Assembly (NCBI GenBank): GCA_024642765.1
Contig: JAHEAM010000001.1
Span: 1 to 50,341 of the forward strand
DNA from: Planctomycetaceae bacterium
Lineage (GTDB): Bacteria; Planctomycetota; Planctomycetia; Pirellulales; Pirellulaceae
DNA: 50,341 nucleotides
Direction of reading: 5' to 3'
Each line of letters starts with the position of its first letter. Within the stretch, counting starts at the first letter, position 1. Below the pieces are notes generated by a model. The model was given only the letters and a program-made list of their open reading frames with translations, was not told where the DNA came from and ran no database searches. Made by a program: the position numbers and the translations under genes. This document shows positions 1 to 8,129 of this stretch, in pieces.

Positions 1-915
1 CTTGTGCCCGACGAGTTTCAAATTCAACTGAATCGAGCCATACTTCTACGTGAACTTGGAAAACCTGCGGAGTCAATCAGTGAACTCAATAAAATCATTG
101 AACAATTCCCAAATCAACAGGCGGGTTTCATCAATCGAGGAATCGCCTATGAGCAAATGGAAAAGTGGCCTGACGCCTATGATGATCTGAACCAGGCGCT
201 GACATTCAAAAGCGAGCATGACGCCTTCTTGCACTACCATCGTGGCTGTGTACTCATCGGATTGCAACGCTTCGAAGAAGCGGTCGTGGATCTGTCGGAG
301 GCCATTGGAAAACAACCCTTGGCGATCGCGTACGCGCGGCGCGGCGAAGCTAACCAGTCGATGGGTCAGGCAGAAGCCGCAATCAAGGACTTCAACCAAG
401 CACTCGCGGGCGACCCCAATAACCATTTCTCGCGCTATCGCAGGGCAACCATTTACCAAGGACAAGGCAAGAACGATCTGGCCCTTGAGGACTACAACGT
501 TTTGATTAAGGCGGGCGTTCAGTCTGCTCCCGTTTTTTACAATCGTGGACATATCCTTTCACGCAAAAAGAACTGGGCTGGGGCAATTGAAAGTATTCAA
601 CAGGCGCTGGCTCTTTCGCCAGCAGAACCTGGTTTCCTAAACGACCTAGCCTGGCTCCTGGCTACGGTTCCTGAACAGAAATTGCGCGATCCCAAACGAG
701 CCGTCGAATTGGCCACGCAAGCCTGCGAGTTGTCCAATTGGCAAAGTGGTCTGATTATCGACACGCTGGCAACCGCCTACGCTGCCAACGGTGACTTTAG
801 CAAAGCCATCGAACTCGAAAAAAAGGCAATGACATTACCCGACGCTGAAAAGAGTCAAAACGTCGCAAAACACCTTCAATCGTTCGAATCTCAAACGCCT
901 ATCATTATCGATTAG
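1..915 (+). CDS. TPR repeat protein (5' end may lie upstream of the window)
   Basis: The reading frame is open to the window edge (track ORF 4..915 starts at GTG). It contains repeated ~34-aa TPR-like units with the A-x3-(F/Y)-x2-A-L signature, for example AYDDLNQALTF, AIKDFNQALAG, ALEDYNVLIK, AIESIQQALAL, AIELEKKAM. Confidence 0.8.
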   Translation, partial: LVPDEFQIQLNRAILLRELGKPAESISELNKIIEQFPNQQAGFINRGIAYEQMEKWPDAYDDLNQALTFKSEHDAFLHYHRGCVLIGLQRFEEAVVDLSEAIGKQPLAIAYARRGEANQSMGQAEAAIKDFNQALAGDPNNHFSRYRRATIYQGQGKNDLALEDYNVLIKAGVQSAPVFYNRGHILSRKKNWAGAIESIQQALALSPAEPGFLNDLAWLLATVPEQKLRDPKRAVELATQACELSNWQSGLIIDTLATAYAANGDFSKAIELEKKAMTLPDAEKSQNVAKHLQSFESQTPIIID

Positions 916-1027
916 TGATTGGCCACGAAATTCAACTCACGACAACGCAAAACTCCGGAATGCGCCTTTTTGATCGAATTTTTCTTTTCCGATCGCGCGC
1001 TATCGTTCATATTGGCACTAACATTGA

Positions 1028-1501
1028 TTAGCGCCTGTTGGCCGAACGCGTGTGTTCAGCAATATGTTCGATTTGATTCGAGGACATTATGGGAAACGTT
1101 TCTTGCAATACCGTCGCTCTAGCATCGGAAATGCTTTGATTCAGGTTAGACTGAATTTGCTTGGCAGCAGTCGCGATGGCTTCAACTTGTGTTGGTGAAA
1201 TATCAAGTTCATCCGCCAACAATCCTTCTGTTAGCGAATACACGGTTCCGTGGGTTTTTGTTTGTTCGATAATGACGCACGTTTTTAGTTTGTTGATTTG
1301 GTCTGTATCGAGAATGTTGTTGAGCTGCACTTCGACTTCCGAGTCCTCTTGCTCCCGATAGAATCGCATATTCTGCTTTAGCAATTCAAATTGCGCCGAA
1401 TCGATGCCACAAAATTTTTGGCAGTCTTTATTGTAAACTTGTTGCGACCGCATCTTCGTATGACTGAGTTTCGGTGGATTCGGGATCAGCGGCGTTTCCA
1501 A
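1028..1501 (-). CDS. Hypothetical protein, possibly the 3' part of a disrupted gene together with 1522..2181
   Basis: 157-aa ORF with a TTG start and no Shine-Dalgarno-like sequence or signal peptide. It has helical (L/I)(S/T)xxQ-type segments (ISPTQVEAI) like the upstream ORF. Its frame stays open upstream and overlaps the 3' end of 1522..2181. Confidence 0.45.
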   Translation of the reverse strand: METPLIPNPPKLSHTKMRSQQVYNKDCQKFCGIDSAQFELLKQNMRFYREQEDSEVEVQLNNILDTDQINKLKTCVIIEQTKTHGTVYSLTEGLLADELDISPTQVEAIATAAKQIQSNLNQSISDARATVLQETFPIMSSNQIEHIAEHTRSANRR

Positions 1502-1521
1502 GTAATTCTTGAACGCCTGAT

Positions 1522-2181
1522 TTAAGAGTCGCTGTTGAAGACGATATTTGGAATCCGTGGGAGGTGTGTGAGCAATTTCTGATTGGCTTCGCGAACGAGT
1601 TGCAAAACCCGCGACTGATAGTTTAAATCGTATTTCTCGTGAGACTGCGTCAGTGCCTCTTGTTCATTAGCGTCGAGTCCGAGTTTGGCTTGCATTCGTT
1701 TTGCGCTGAGCAACCGAGCGAGGCCGTATTTTTCAATCGCCAGTTGATTGGAAACTTGCTCTAGCTGAGCTTGCTGCGTCATAGTTAATACGTCATGCAT
1801 TTCGCTTTGCGCTTCTTGGAAAACTCGCTTCGCTTGATCCCCATCATCCGTCAAGACGGAAGCAACGAGCAGAGGTTGAATTTGACTTAGCACTTCGTCG
1901 GAAATTTTCCCGATTGCTGCCATTTGTTCGGCTGACAAATCAAGAGCTTCTCGAATTTCTGACTGCTGGCTCATGCTGGCGAGGTCGTAATTGAATCCAA
2001 AATCGTCTTCTTGCGAGATCGAGACAAATGCCTCCAATCCTTTGAGACTCAATCCGAAGCCCGTTGTGATTTGGATTTCTTCGAGACTGGATCGTTGGTC
2101 AGTTTGAGCACGTGCCCAATTCAAATGGAGGGTACCAAGACATGTAAACGCGAATCCAACGAGCCAATTTCGCTGCGCCAT
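1522..2181 (-). CDS. Secreted helical protein with LTXXQ-like motifs (Spy/CpxP-like is only a guess)
   Basis: ATG start preceded by a strong RBS (reverse complement reads AAGGAGGctgaaATG). Signal peptide MAQRNWLVGFAFTCLGTLHLNWARAQ. Motifs LSAEQ and LTMTQ. Confidence 0.65.
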   Translation of the reverse strand: MAQRNWLVGFAFTCLGTLHLNWARAQTDQRSSLEEIQITTGFGLSLKGLEAFVSISQEDDFGFNYDLASMSQQSEIREALDLSAEQMAAIGKISDEVLSQIQPLLVASVLTDDGDQAKRVFQEAQSEMHDVLTMTQQAQLEQVSNQLAIEKYGLARLLSAKRMQAKLGLDANEQEALTQSHEKYDLNYQSRVLQLVREANQKLLTHLPRIPNIVFNSDS

Positions 2182-2483
2182 TTCAGCCTCCTTATAAATC
2201 TTCCCGGGCTAAGGATTAATGAAAAACTGAATTGAACGCAACCGGGATAACATTAGTTTCCCGTATTCTTGGATCTGACGCTTGAAAAAAGGCTCTCGAA
2301 TCGCCCTTCTCACCAGCACGCGAAACGACCCATCTCACGCAACCGCTGGCAAATACCCTAAACAAGACATTACAATCACACTTGACCCAACGCACATTTT
2401 CTGGGAATCATTCGCAATAACTCGATCAAGCGAAAGCCCTTGAGACTCATCCTTAATTCTTGCAATCCCAAAAGAGGTTACTC

Positions 2484-4769
2484 ATGTCCCGCCGAAATTC
2501 AAACCAAAGGCTTCGCAATCGGTCCTTAAACTATGCTGCAATGGAGCCTCGACAATTGTTGGCGGTCGATTTTTCAGTCCAAGGCACAACGTTAGTACTG
2601 GAGCGCAGCGAAATTGACATCGCCAATTTCGAAGTTATCGAAGTCTTAGAAAACTCTAGCAACAATACTTTGGAGTTGTCGTTCAGGCACGGCGAGAAAT
2701 TTCTAGGTGAGCAGGTCAAAGGCTTGACGCTGGACGCCACCAACGACGTACTCACGATCGACAAGGCGCTGTTCAATGACGGAACACTTTCTGGAATGAA
2801 AATTGAAGTTCGAAGAAGGAATCGGACAAGCATTGTTTTCATGAATGATGTTAACATTCCTGGTGATTTAACTCTCAATACGAGGTCCCATATTGTCCAA
2901 ATGGGAACGTTGAAGACGGGAGACCTAACACTTGCTGGAACCGCCATCACACTCGACAATGCCAACAATGTTTTTGGTACAGTCTCGATTGATGGTACAC
3001 GTGTTGGTACAAGTAGGGTACCAACAACATCTGTAATGATTGTTGACTCCGGGGTTCTAACTCTTGGGACGATAACGACCAATTGTTTCAAGGGCATTGG
3101 CGAGTCGATTGAAATCAATGGCCAGGTGTATGTTCGCGATTCGCTGATTCTGGAATCTGCAACGATCATCAGTGAGTCAGCTCAGGCCGCGATCAACACA
3201 GACCATTTGACAATTCTGGCCAACGGTGATGTCAATTTGGACTCCTTCAACAACCGAATCGCTGGTATATCTGGCAACGTCAACGGCTCGATGAATTGGA
3301 AGTTGACTGGAACGACTTTCATTGAACATGGAACGAAAGACGACACTACGCATTTGAATGTCACCGGTGATTTCGTCGCCCAATCGGAGGCCGGACTTGA
3401 GGGAACCCTGAGGCAGCGATCCGATGCATCATTTTCGGTAAATGGTATTGCAACATTCAATCTCGCGGATGGTAGCCTTTATCTCAACGGCGGCGATTTT
3501 GATGGTGACAGCATGAATGACAATAACTTCAACCAAGTCGCGGTCGGCTCCGCACGTTTCGTCGAAATCGTTGATCGCAATGCCATGAAATTGCTGGACA
3601 TCAATGTTGCGGAACAAGCAATGTTTCGAACGGGTTCCGAATCCACAGGCCGAATGTCGCTCTTGGGAACGATATCTTCGCCACGATTGCTTTTGCAAAC
3701 CAGAACTGGAATTCAGCAACTCAGCGGTACCGTTCAAACCGACCACCTATTTTTAGGCGGAAACTCGGACACTGAAAATTATGGCCACTTGCAACTCGGC
3801 CTTGATAATTCGATCGGAGGTTTGTCCGCCCAATCCTCTCGAGGTATCGTCACCGTAAAGTCGTTGACGCCAATTGAGTTCCGACAAGGACAATTCAACT
3901 CGGTGGTAGAAACGATTTCTGAATCATTTCAAGGAATTCGCGTTGCCAACAGTTTTTTGGTTACGGCTGACGGAATCAAAGATGATGCCAACGCGGTGAT
4001 CCTCGTCAGTCAAACTGCCGATCTAACCTCCACCAAATCGATAGTTCTAGGCGATAATTTCAACAACACAATCATCGTTAACGGCCTCACCAATTTCGAC
4101 GCCGCAGACGCCATTGATGTCGGCCAATCTGGAATCGTCAACTTGACAAAGGTCAATTTGCAAGCCACAGGCGCTGCGAAACTAACCCAGTTCAACGATG
4201 TTGTCTTGACGGGTGCAAACATGGCCAACGGGTTTGATATCACGACCCAAGGCAGTTTGAGCGCAGAGGCCAATACAAGTTTGACTTCGACAGGTGTGTC
4301 AACCTTTCATGCTTCGAAAGATATTGTATTAGGAGCCACGGTAGACCAAGTCTTGAAACTCACCGACGCTCACTTTTTTGGTTTAATGGGAATCGATGTT
4401 GGCAACGTCGACAATACGGTGATTGGTCGAGTGCAGTTTCAATCGGACAGCAATGTCCGAATTTACCAAACGGGCTTCTTGAACATGATTCTTTCATCAA
4501 CCGCTGCCAACTTGGACTTGTATTCAACGATTACGATCCGAGATGCCGCAACCGTGACACTCGATGTTGCGGGTACTACGCGGTTTGGTGCAGCCACAGG
4601 TATTAGCATCGCAGATGCAGCCACCAATATTTATCACCTCTGCGGGTTAACGAATTTTGATGTTGGCGATTTTGCATTTGTGTTTGAACCAGGGACCGTT
4701 GTGATCACGGACTACATCGTTCGCGAGGGCGCTGCTGCCAACTTGAGTATCGATTCCACCGTCTGCTAA
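2484..4769 (+). CDS. LEPR-XLL domain-containing large secreted repeat protein
   Basis: ATG at 2484 follows AAGAGG at 2472-2477 (track start is TTG 2460). The basic N-terminus is followed by MEPRQLLAV. The remaining ~720 aa are T/N/G/S/V/L-rich with almost no Cys, a beta-solenoid-like composition, and no catalytic motif is visible. Confidence 0.75.
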   Translation: MSRRNSNQRLRNRSLNYAAMEPRQLLAVDFSVQGTTLVLERSEIDIANFEVIEVLENSSNNTLELSFRHGEKFLGEQVKGLTLDATNDVLTIDKALFNDGTLSGMKIEVRRRNRTSIVFMNDVNIPGDLTLNTRSHIVQMGTLKTGDLTLAGTAITLDNANNVFGTVSIDGTRVGTSRVPTTSVMIVDSGVLTLGTITTNCFKGIGESIEINGQVYVRDSLILESATIISESAQAAINTDHLTILANGDVNLDSFNNRIAGISGNVNGSMNWKLTGTTFIEHGTKDDTTHLNVTGDFVAQSEAGLEGTLRQRSDASFSVNGIATFNLADGSLYLNGGDFDGDSMNDNNFNQVAVGSARFVEIVDRNAMKLLDINVAEQAMFRTGSESTGRMSLLGTISSPRLLLQTRTGIQQLSGTVQTDHLFLGGNSDTENYGHLQLGLDNSIGGLSAQSSRGIVTVKSLTPIEFRQGQFNSVVETISESFQGIRVANSFLVTADGIKDDANAVILVSQTADLTSTKSIVLGDNFNNTIIVNGLTNFDAADAIDVGQSGIVNLTKVNLQATGAAKLTQFNDVVLTGANMANGFDITTQGSLSAEANTSLTSTGVSTFHASKDIVLGATVDQVLKLTDAHFFGLMGIDVGNVDNTVIGRVQFQSDSNVRIYQTGFLNMILSSTAANLDLYSTITIRDAATVTLDVAGTTRFGAATGISIADAATNIYHLCGLTNFDVGDFAFVFEPGTVVITDYIVREGAAANLSIDSTVC

Positions 4770-4822
4770 ATGCATTGACGACAAATGCTGCTAGACAAGC
4801 GACACCATAAAAAACTGATTGG

Positions 4823-6298
4823 TCACGGGGCCGTTTGCGTTTCTATTTCGCGGACGGTCTCTGTTTTTTTGGCATCACCCACTATGCCGCCCGCAAATTC
4901 GACATCACCAATTCGTTCGATTACACGGTACTTGCGTCGGTAATCATGATCGATGAAGTCGACGAACTTAACCGTATATTGCATTTTAGGACTCATGTAT
5001 TCCCAAAGCAGACGATTGGTCTCAGCAGCAATCGCTACTTGCACGCTGGGGTCATTCACTATGAATTGAATTTCAAGTTCGCGCTGCGCTCGCTCGTAAA
5101 CTTTGATTTCAAGAATACTCTGTTTGAATTGGTCATTGAGTTCATTCACGAAAGCATTGAAAAACGACGGGTAGAAGCGTTCTCCATTGTCTGACATGAT
5201 AAAGTTCGAATCTTTGCCCTCGATTTTGGTAATCACGAATCGTTCTGTGCCATCGCTGCGTTGCTTGAAATCCACGTCGGCAATGTCCTTCATTTTGTAA
5301 CGAATAAAAGGAAAATCTCCGAGGTGCAAACGAGTGATTATCATTTCAGGTTGGCCTGCATCATTGTGTTCGGTTTCGACGTAGGCAACGTTCGCGAAGA
5401 CCTCAAGGCCCTCTTTCGTTTCGTGAGCAATCTCTCCTAGCTCTACGGAACCATACGAATCCTCGACTTTGCTGCGCGTGAAAACAGACTCGATGTTGCG
5501 CCGCTGGCAGTCAAAAAAGGTCTCGCCACTAACATTGATCAACTCCGGATGGTGTTTCAGCGGCAGATCAAAACGTCGAATCGTATGGGCAATCATGTTC
5601 ATCGGCGATGGAAACACCAACAGCAACTTCGGCTTGAATTTGTTCAAGTCATTGACCAAACCACGGACGACTTGTTCGTCGATTTTGTCGAACAAGTGGT
5701 AGCGAAAACCTGTCAGCCAACTGAATTTATTGAACTTCACCATGTCGTCGATGTTGTAGGTGTTCTTCGGGTAAAAGATCATCATCTTTTCGCCAGGTCG
5801 CCAGCCCATCCGGTACCAACACTTGAAGAACGTAAACAGCATCGAAAACATATGGTGCTTTGTCATGTGCACGACGAGGGGCAGCGAACTCGAGCCGCCT
5901 GTCGCCATCGGCATCAAGTAATTTCCTTTAGTCAGTCGTAAGATCGAATCGAGGGGCTTGCCTTCGACTTGCAACTCCATTGACTTCGGGTCGACGGTCG
6001 CCCAAGCGTCTGTCATTACGGTTTGACCTGCCTCGGCATAATCTTGCTTAGTCAGAGAAGGCAACTGTTTGTAGTTCGCGAAAAAAGTTGCGTCATCAAC
6101 GCCTGCGTTCTCCGATAAAAACGTAGTGAATTTACCTCGAAAGAACTTATTTTTTTCGTTCACCGTGTGGAGTAACCGAGACAGGTCGGCACGAATTTGC
6201 GGTTTGATTTGCGTCAAACGATCGGACTCGACGACTTCTTGATAAAGTCTGCGGACGCCAGCGATGCGAAAGATCCAACGAAATAACATTTTGGACAT
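4823..6298 (-). CDS. Adenylate-forming enzyme, phenylacetate-CoA ligase / F390 synthetase / CapK-like family
   Basis: LTKQDY, ATGGSSSLPLVV (P-loop-like equivalent of TSGTTG), SGETFF...YGSVELG, and ITRL..FPFIRYKMKD are laid out as in PaaK-type ligases. ATG start at 6298. Confidence 0.7.
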   Translation of the reverse strand: MSKMLFRWIFRIAGVRRLYQEVVESDRLTQIKPQIRADLSRLLHTVNEKNKFFRGKFTTFLSENAGVDDATFFANYKQLPSLTKQDYAEAGQTVMTDAWATVDPKSMELQVEGKPLDSILRLTKGNYLMPMATGGSSSLPLVVHMTKHHMFSMLFTFFKCWYRMGWRPGEKMMIFYPKNTYNIDDMVKFNKFSWLTGFRYHLFDKIDEQVVRGLVNDLNKFKPKLLLVFPSPMNMIAHTIRRFDLPLKHHPELINVSGETFFDCQRRNIESVFTRSKVEDSYGSVELGEIAHETKEGLEVFANVAYVETEHNDAGQPEMIITRLHLGDFPFIRYKMKDIADVDFKQRSDGTERFVITKIEGKDSNFIMSDNGERFYPSFFNAFVNELNDQFKQSILEIKVYERAQRELEIQFIVNDPSVQVAIAAETNRLLWEYMSPKMQYTVKFVDFIDHDYRRKYRVIERIGDVEFAGGIVGDAKKTETVREIETQTAP

Positions 6299-6361
6299 TA
6301 GGATTACCGATCAAGAACTTTTTTATTTTCGATTGATGATATTTGAAGAGAAGTGTCTGGA

Positions 6362-6700
6362 CTATTGTTCTGCATCCAAGTACCAACACCTTACGAATTG
6401 ATGCCAGCGGCTGGGCATGTCGCCACTTGTGCCGATCGAAGCGTCTTTCGAGCCCTCTTCCCAACGGCTCCAAATGTTTGGCAGCACGACAGTTTCTAAA
6501 TTGACAAGCTTCACGGGATGCGTCGCCAACCAAGCGTTGGCTCGCGCTACCGCTGCATAAAAATCTTCGTGTTCGCCCGGATTGAAAATTCCTGGGGCCG
6601 ATTTTTCTTCTGGAACGAAGTCAATGTAATGTAACATTTTGTTCAACGAGCCCGTTAGCTTTGTCACTTTCTTAGGATCGCCCATTCTAACGAAATTCAC
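6362..6700 (-). CDS. Hypothetical small protein (112 aa, or 107 aa from ATG 6685)
   Basis: ORF sits tightly between nadD and the ligase gene on the same strand. No recognisable motif. It is not RsfS-like, although it occupies the position after nadD where rsfS is usual. Confidence 0.55.
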   Translation of the reverse strand: MNFVRMGDPKKVTKLTGSLNKMLHYIDFVPEEKSAPGIFNPGEHEDFYAAVARANAWLATHPVKLVNLETVVLPNIWSRWEEGSKDASIGTSGDMPSRWHQFVRCWYLDAEQ

Positions 6701-6713
6701 GCCGAGCGGGCAA

Positions 6714-7322
6714 TTATCTCTCTTGATACATCTGCTGCTGGTGAATCAACATCTCGACTGGTCGCGGCAACAGATAACGGATCGATCGTCCAGTCGCCAC
6801 ACGAGCGCGAATATCTGTGCTGCTAATGTCGATCATGCGTGAATCAATGGAAAAATCGCGAATTTTTTCCAACCGCTGTGAGCTGACCAACGGGGCGAGA
6901 GCCCCCAGGTCTTGTGGTGACCCAGGGCGAAAATAAACCAGTGGAATCGCCAACTCACAAATCTGTTTCGGCTTACGCCAACTCGCTAATTGAGCCAACG
7001 AGTCACCACCGATGATTAAGAACCTTTCATCTTCCGGATTTGAGGCTACCAATTGCTCAAGCGTATCGATGGTATAACTGGTTCCGCCGCGGACGAGTTC
7101 GAGGTCTTTGGCGCGAAAGAACGCGTGGCCCGCAATGGCCAGCTCGACCATTTCTATTCGCTGGTTGTCTGTCGCAGTTGGCCCCACGCGTTTGTGTGGC
7201 GCGATTGCAGCCGGCACAAACCAGACTTCGTCGAGTTTCGCTTGTTCGCGACATTGTTCTGCCAATATCAAATGTCCGAAATGGATCGGATCGAACGACC
7301 CTCCAAATACACCTATTCGCAT
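6714..7322 (-). CDS. nadD: Nicotinate-nucleotide adenylyltransferase
   Basis: MRIGVFGGSFDPIHFGHL (the (H/T)xGH nucleotidyltransferase motif), then ISSTDIR near the C-terminus. I start at the internal ATG (7322) rather than track start 7382. Confidence 0.9.
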   Translation of the reverse strand: MRIGVFGGSFDPIHFGHLILAEQCREQAKLDEVWFVPAAIAPHKRVGPTATDNQRIEMVELAIAGHAFFRAKDLELVRGGTSYTIDTLEQLVASNPEDERFLIIGGDSLAQLASWRKPKQICELAIPLVYFRPGSPQDLGALAPLVSSQRLEKIRDFSIDSRMIDISSTDIRARVATGRSIRYLLPRPVEMLIHQQQMYQER

Positions 7323-7434
7323 GCTCGTTTGCTCTTCGTTTCCATTCCCGCATCGTTTTTCTGACAGGCCCAGCGCTAGCATTTTCGGGCTAACTTCTAC
7401 TTTAATCTACTTTTGAATGAAAGATTGCGAAACC

Positions 7435-7462
7435 GGCAACGTGTAGACTGGTAGAAGACGTT
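7435..7462 (+). promoter_or_regulatory. Candidate ECF-type promoter (GCAAC-N18-CGTT)
   Basis: An AAC motif at 7438-7440 and CGTT at 7459-7462 lie ~47 nt upstream of the sigma gene ATG. The spacer is 1-2 nt longer than typical ECF promoters. Confidence 0.2.
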
Positions 7463-7508
7463 GTTTTCGCACATTCAACCGATGCCATTCAGTGTTTTAG
7501 AAACCGAA

Positions 7509-8129
7509 ATGAACAATTTGCCCGAAACTCGACATAGCCTCCTGTTGCGGCTGGCAGAGCCCTGCGATCTAACGGCCTGGCAAGACTTTCTGCAGACCTA
7601 TGAGCCGGTGATCATGCGATTGGCCATGCGCCGCGGCCTGCAACTATCGGACGCTCAAGATCTGTGCCAAGAAGTACTAACGCGTGTTGCCAAGACCGCT
7701 GAATCCTGGAATCCCGATAGCCAACGATGGTCGTTCCGTGGCTGGTTAACGAAGGTCACTCGCAACCTGGTAGTCGACCACTTCCGCAAACAACAACGGC
7801 AGCCTGCAACACCCGGCGAAACTCTGATTCATCGAATGGACGAACGAGCCGCAAACGTGCCACCCAACGAACTGTTTGATATCGAGGAGCGACGTCAAAT
7901 TTTTTTGCGTGCTGCCGAATCGGCACGATCGGGATTTTCACAAAATACTTGGAGCGCGTTTTGGAAGACTTGCGTTGAAAACCATCCACCGCAATCAGCT
8001 GCCGATCAACTGGGCCTATCTGTTGGTGCCGTCTACATTGCTCGAAGCCGTGTGTTAGCCAAGATCAGGGTTGCTGTCGAAGGTATGGATCTAGAAACTC
8101 GAGCTTGGAGATTCAACAATGCAGAATAA
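7509..8129 (+). CDS. ECF-type RNA polymerase sigma-70 family factor (planctomycete, kinase-associated type)
   Basis: Region 2 (DAQDLCQEVLTRV...FRGWLTKVTRNLVVDHFRK) and the region 4 HTH (AADQLGLSVGAVYIARSRVLAKIR). ATG at 7509 is chosen over TTG at 7461. Confidence 0.85.
   Translation: MNNLPETRHSLLLRLAEPCDLTAWQDFLQTYEPVIMRLAMRRGLQLSDAQDLCQEVLTRVAKTAESWNPDSQRWSFRGWLTKVTRNLVVDHFRKQQRQPATPGETLIHRMDERAANVPPNELFDIEERRQIFLRAAESARSGFSQNTWSAFWKTCVENHPPQSAADQLGLSVGAVYIARSRVLAKIRVAVEGMDLETRAWRFNNAE

Noticed and set aside
2531-3169. 212-aa antisense ORF inside the LEPR-XLL gene. There are similar long antisense ORFs at 12636..13247, 18936..19556, 25640..26326 and 43886..44530.
   Set aside because: These are shadow ORFs opposite well-supported genes. 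They have low-complexity or R/S/P-rich translations, no RBS and no recognisable motifs.
7040-7416. Cluster of four overlapping 98-117-aa ORFs in several frames
   Set aside because: All of them lie within or antisense to nadD, whose motifs are unambiguous. The translations are Arg/Ser/Cys-rich frame artefacts.
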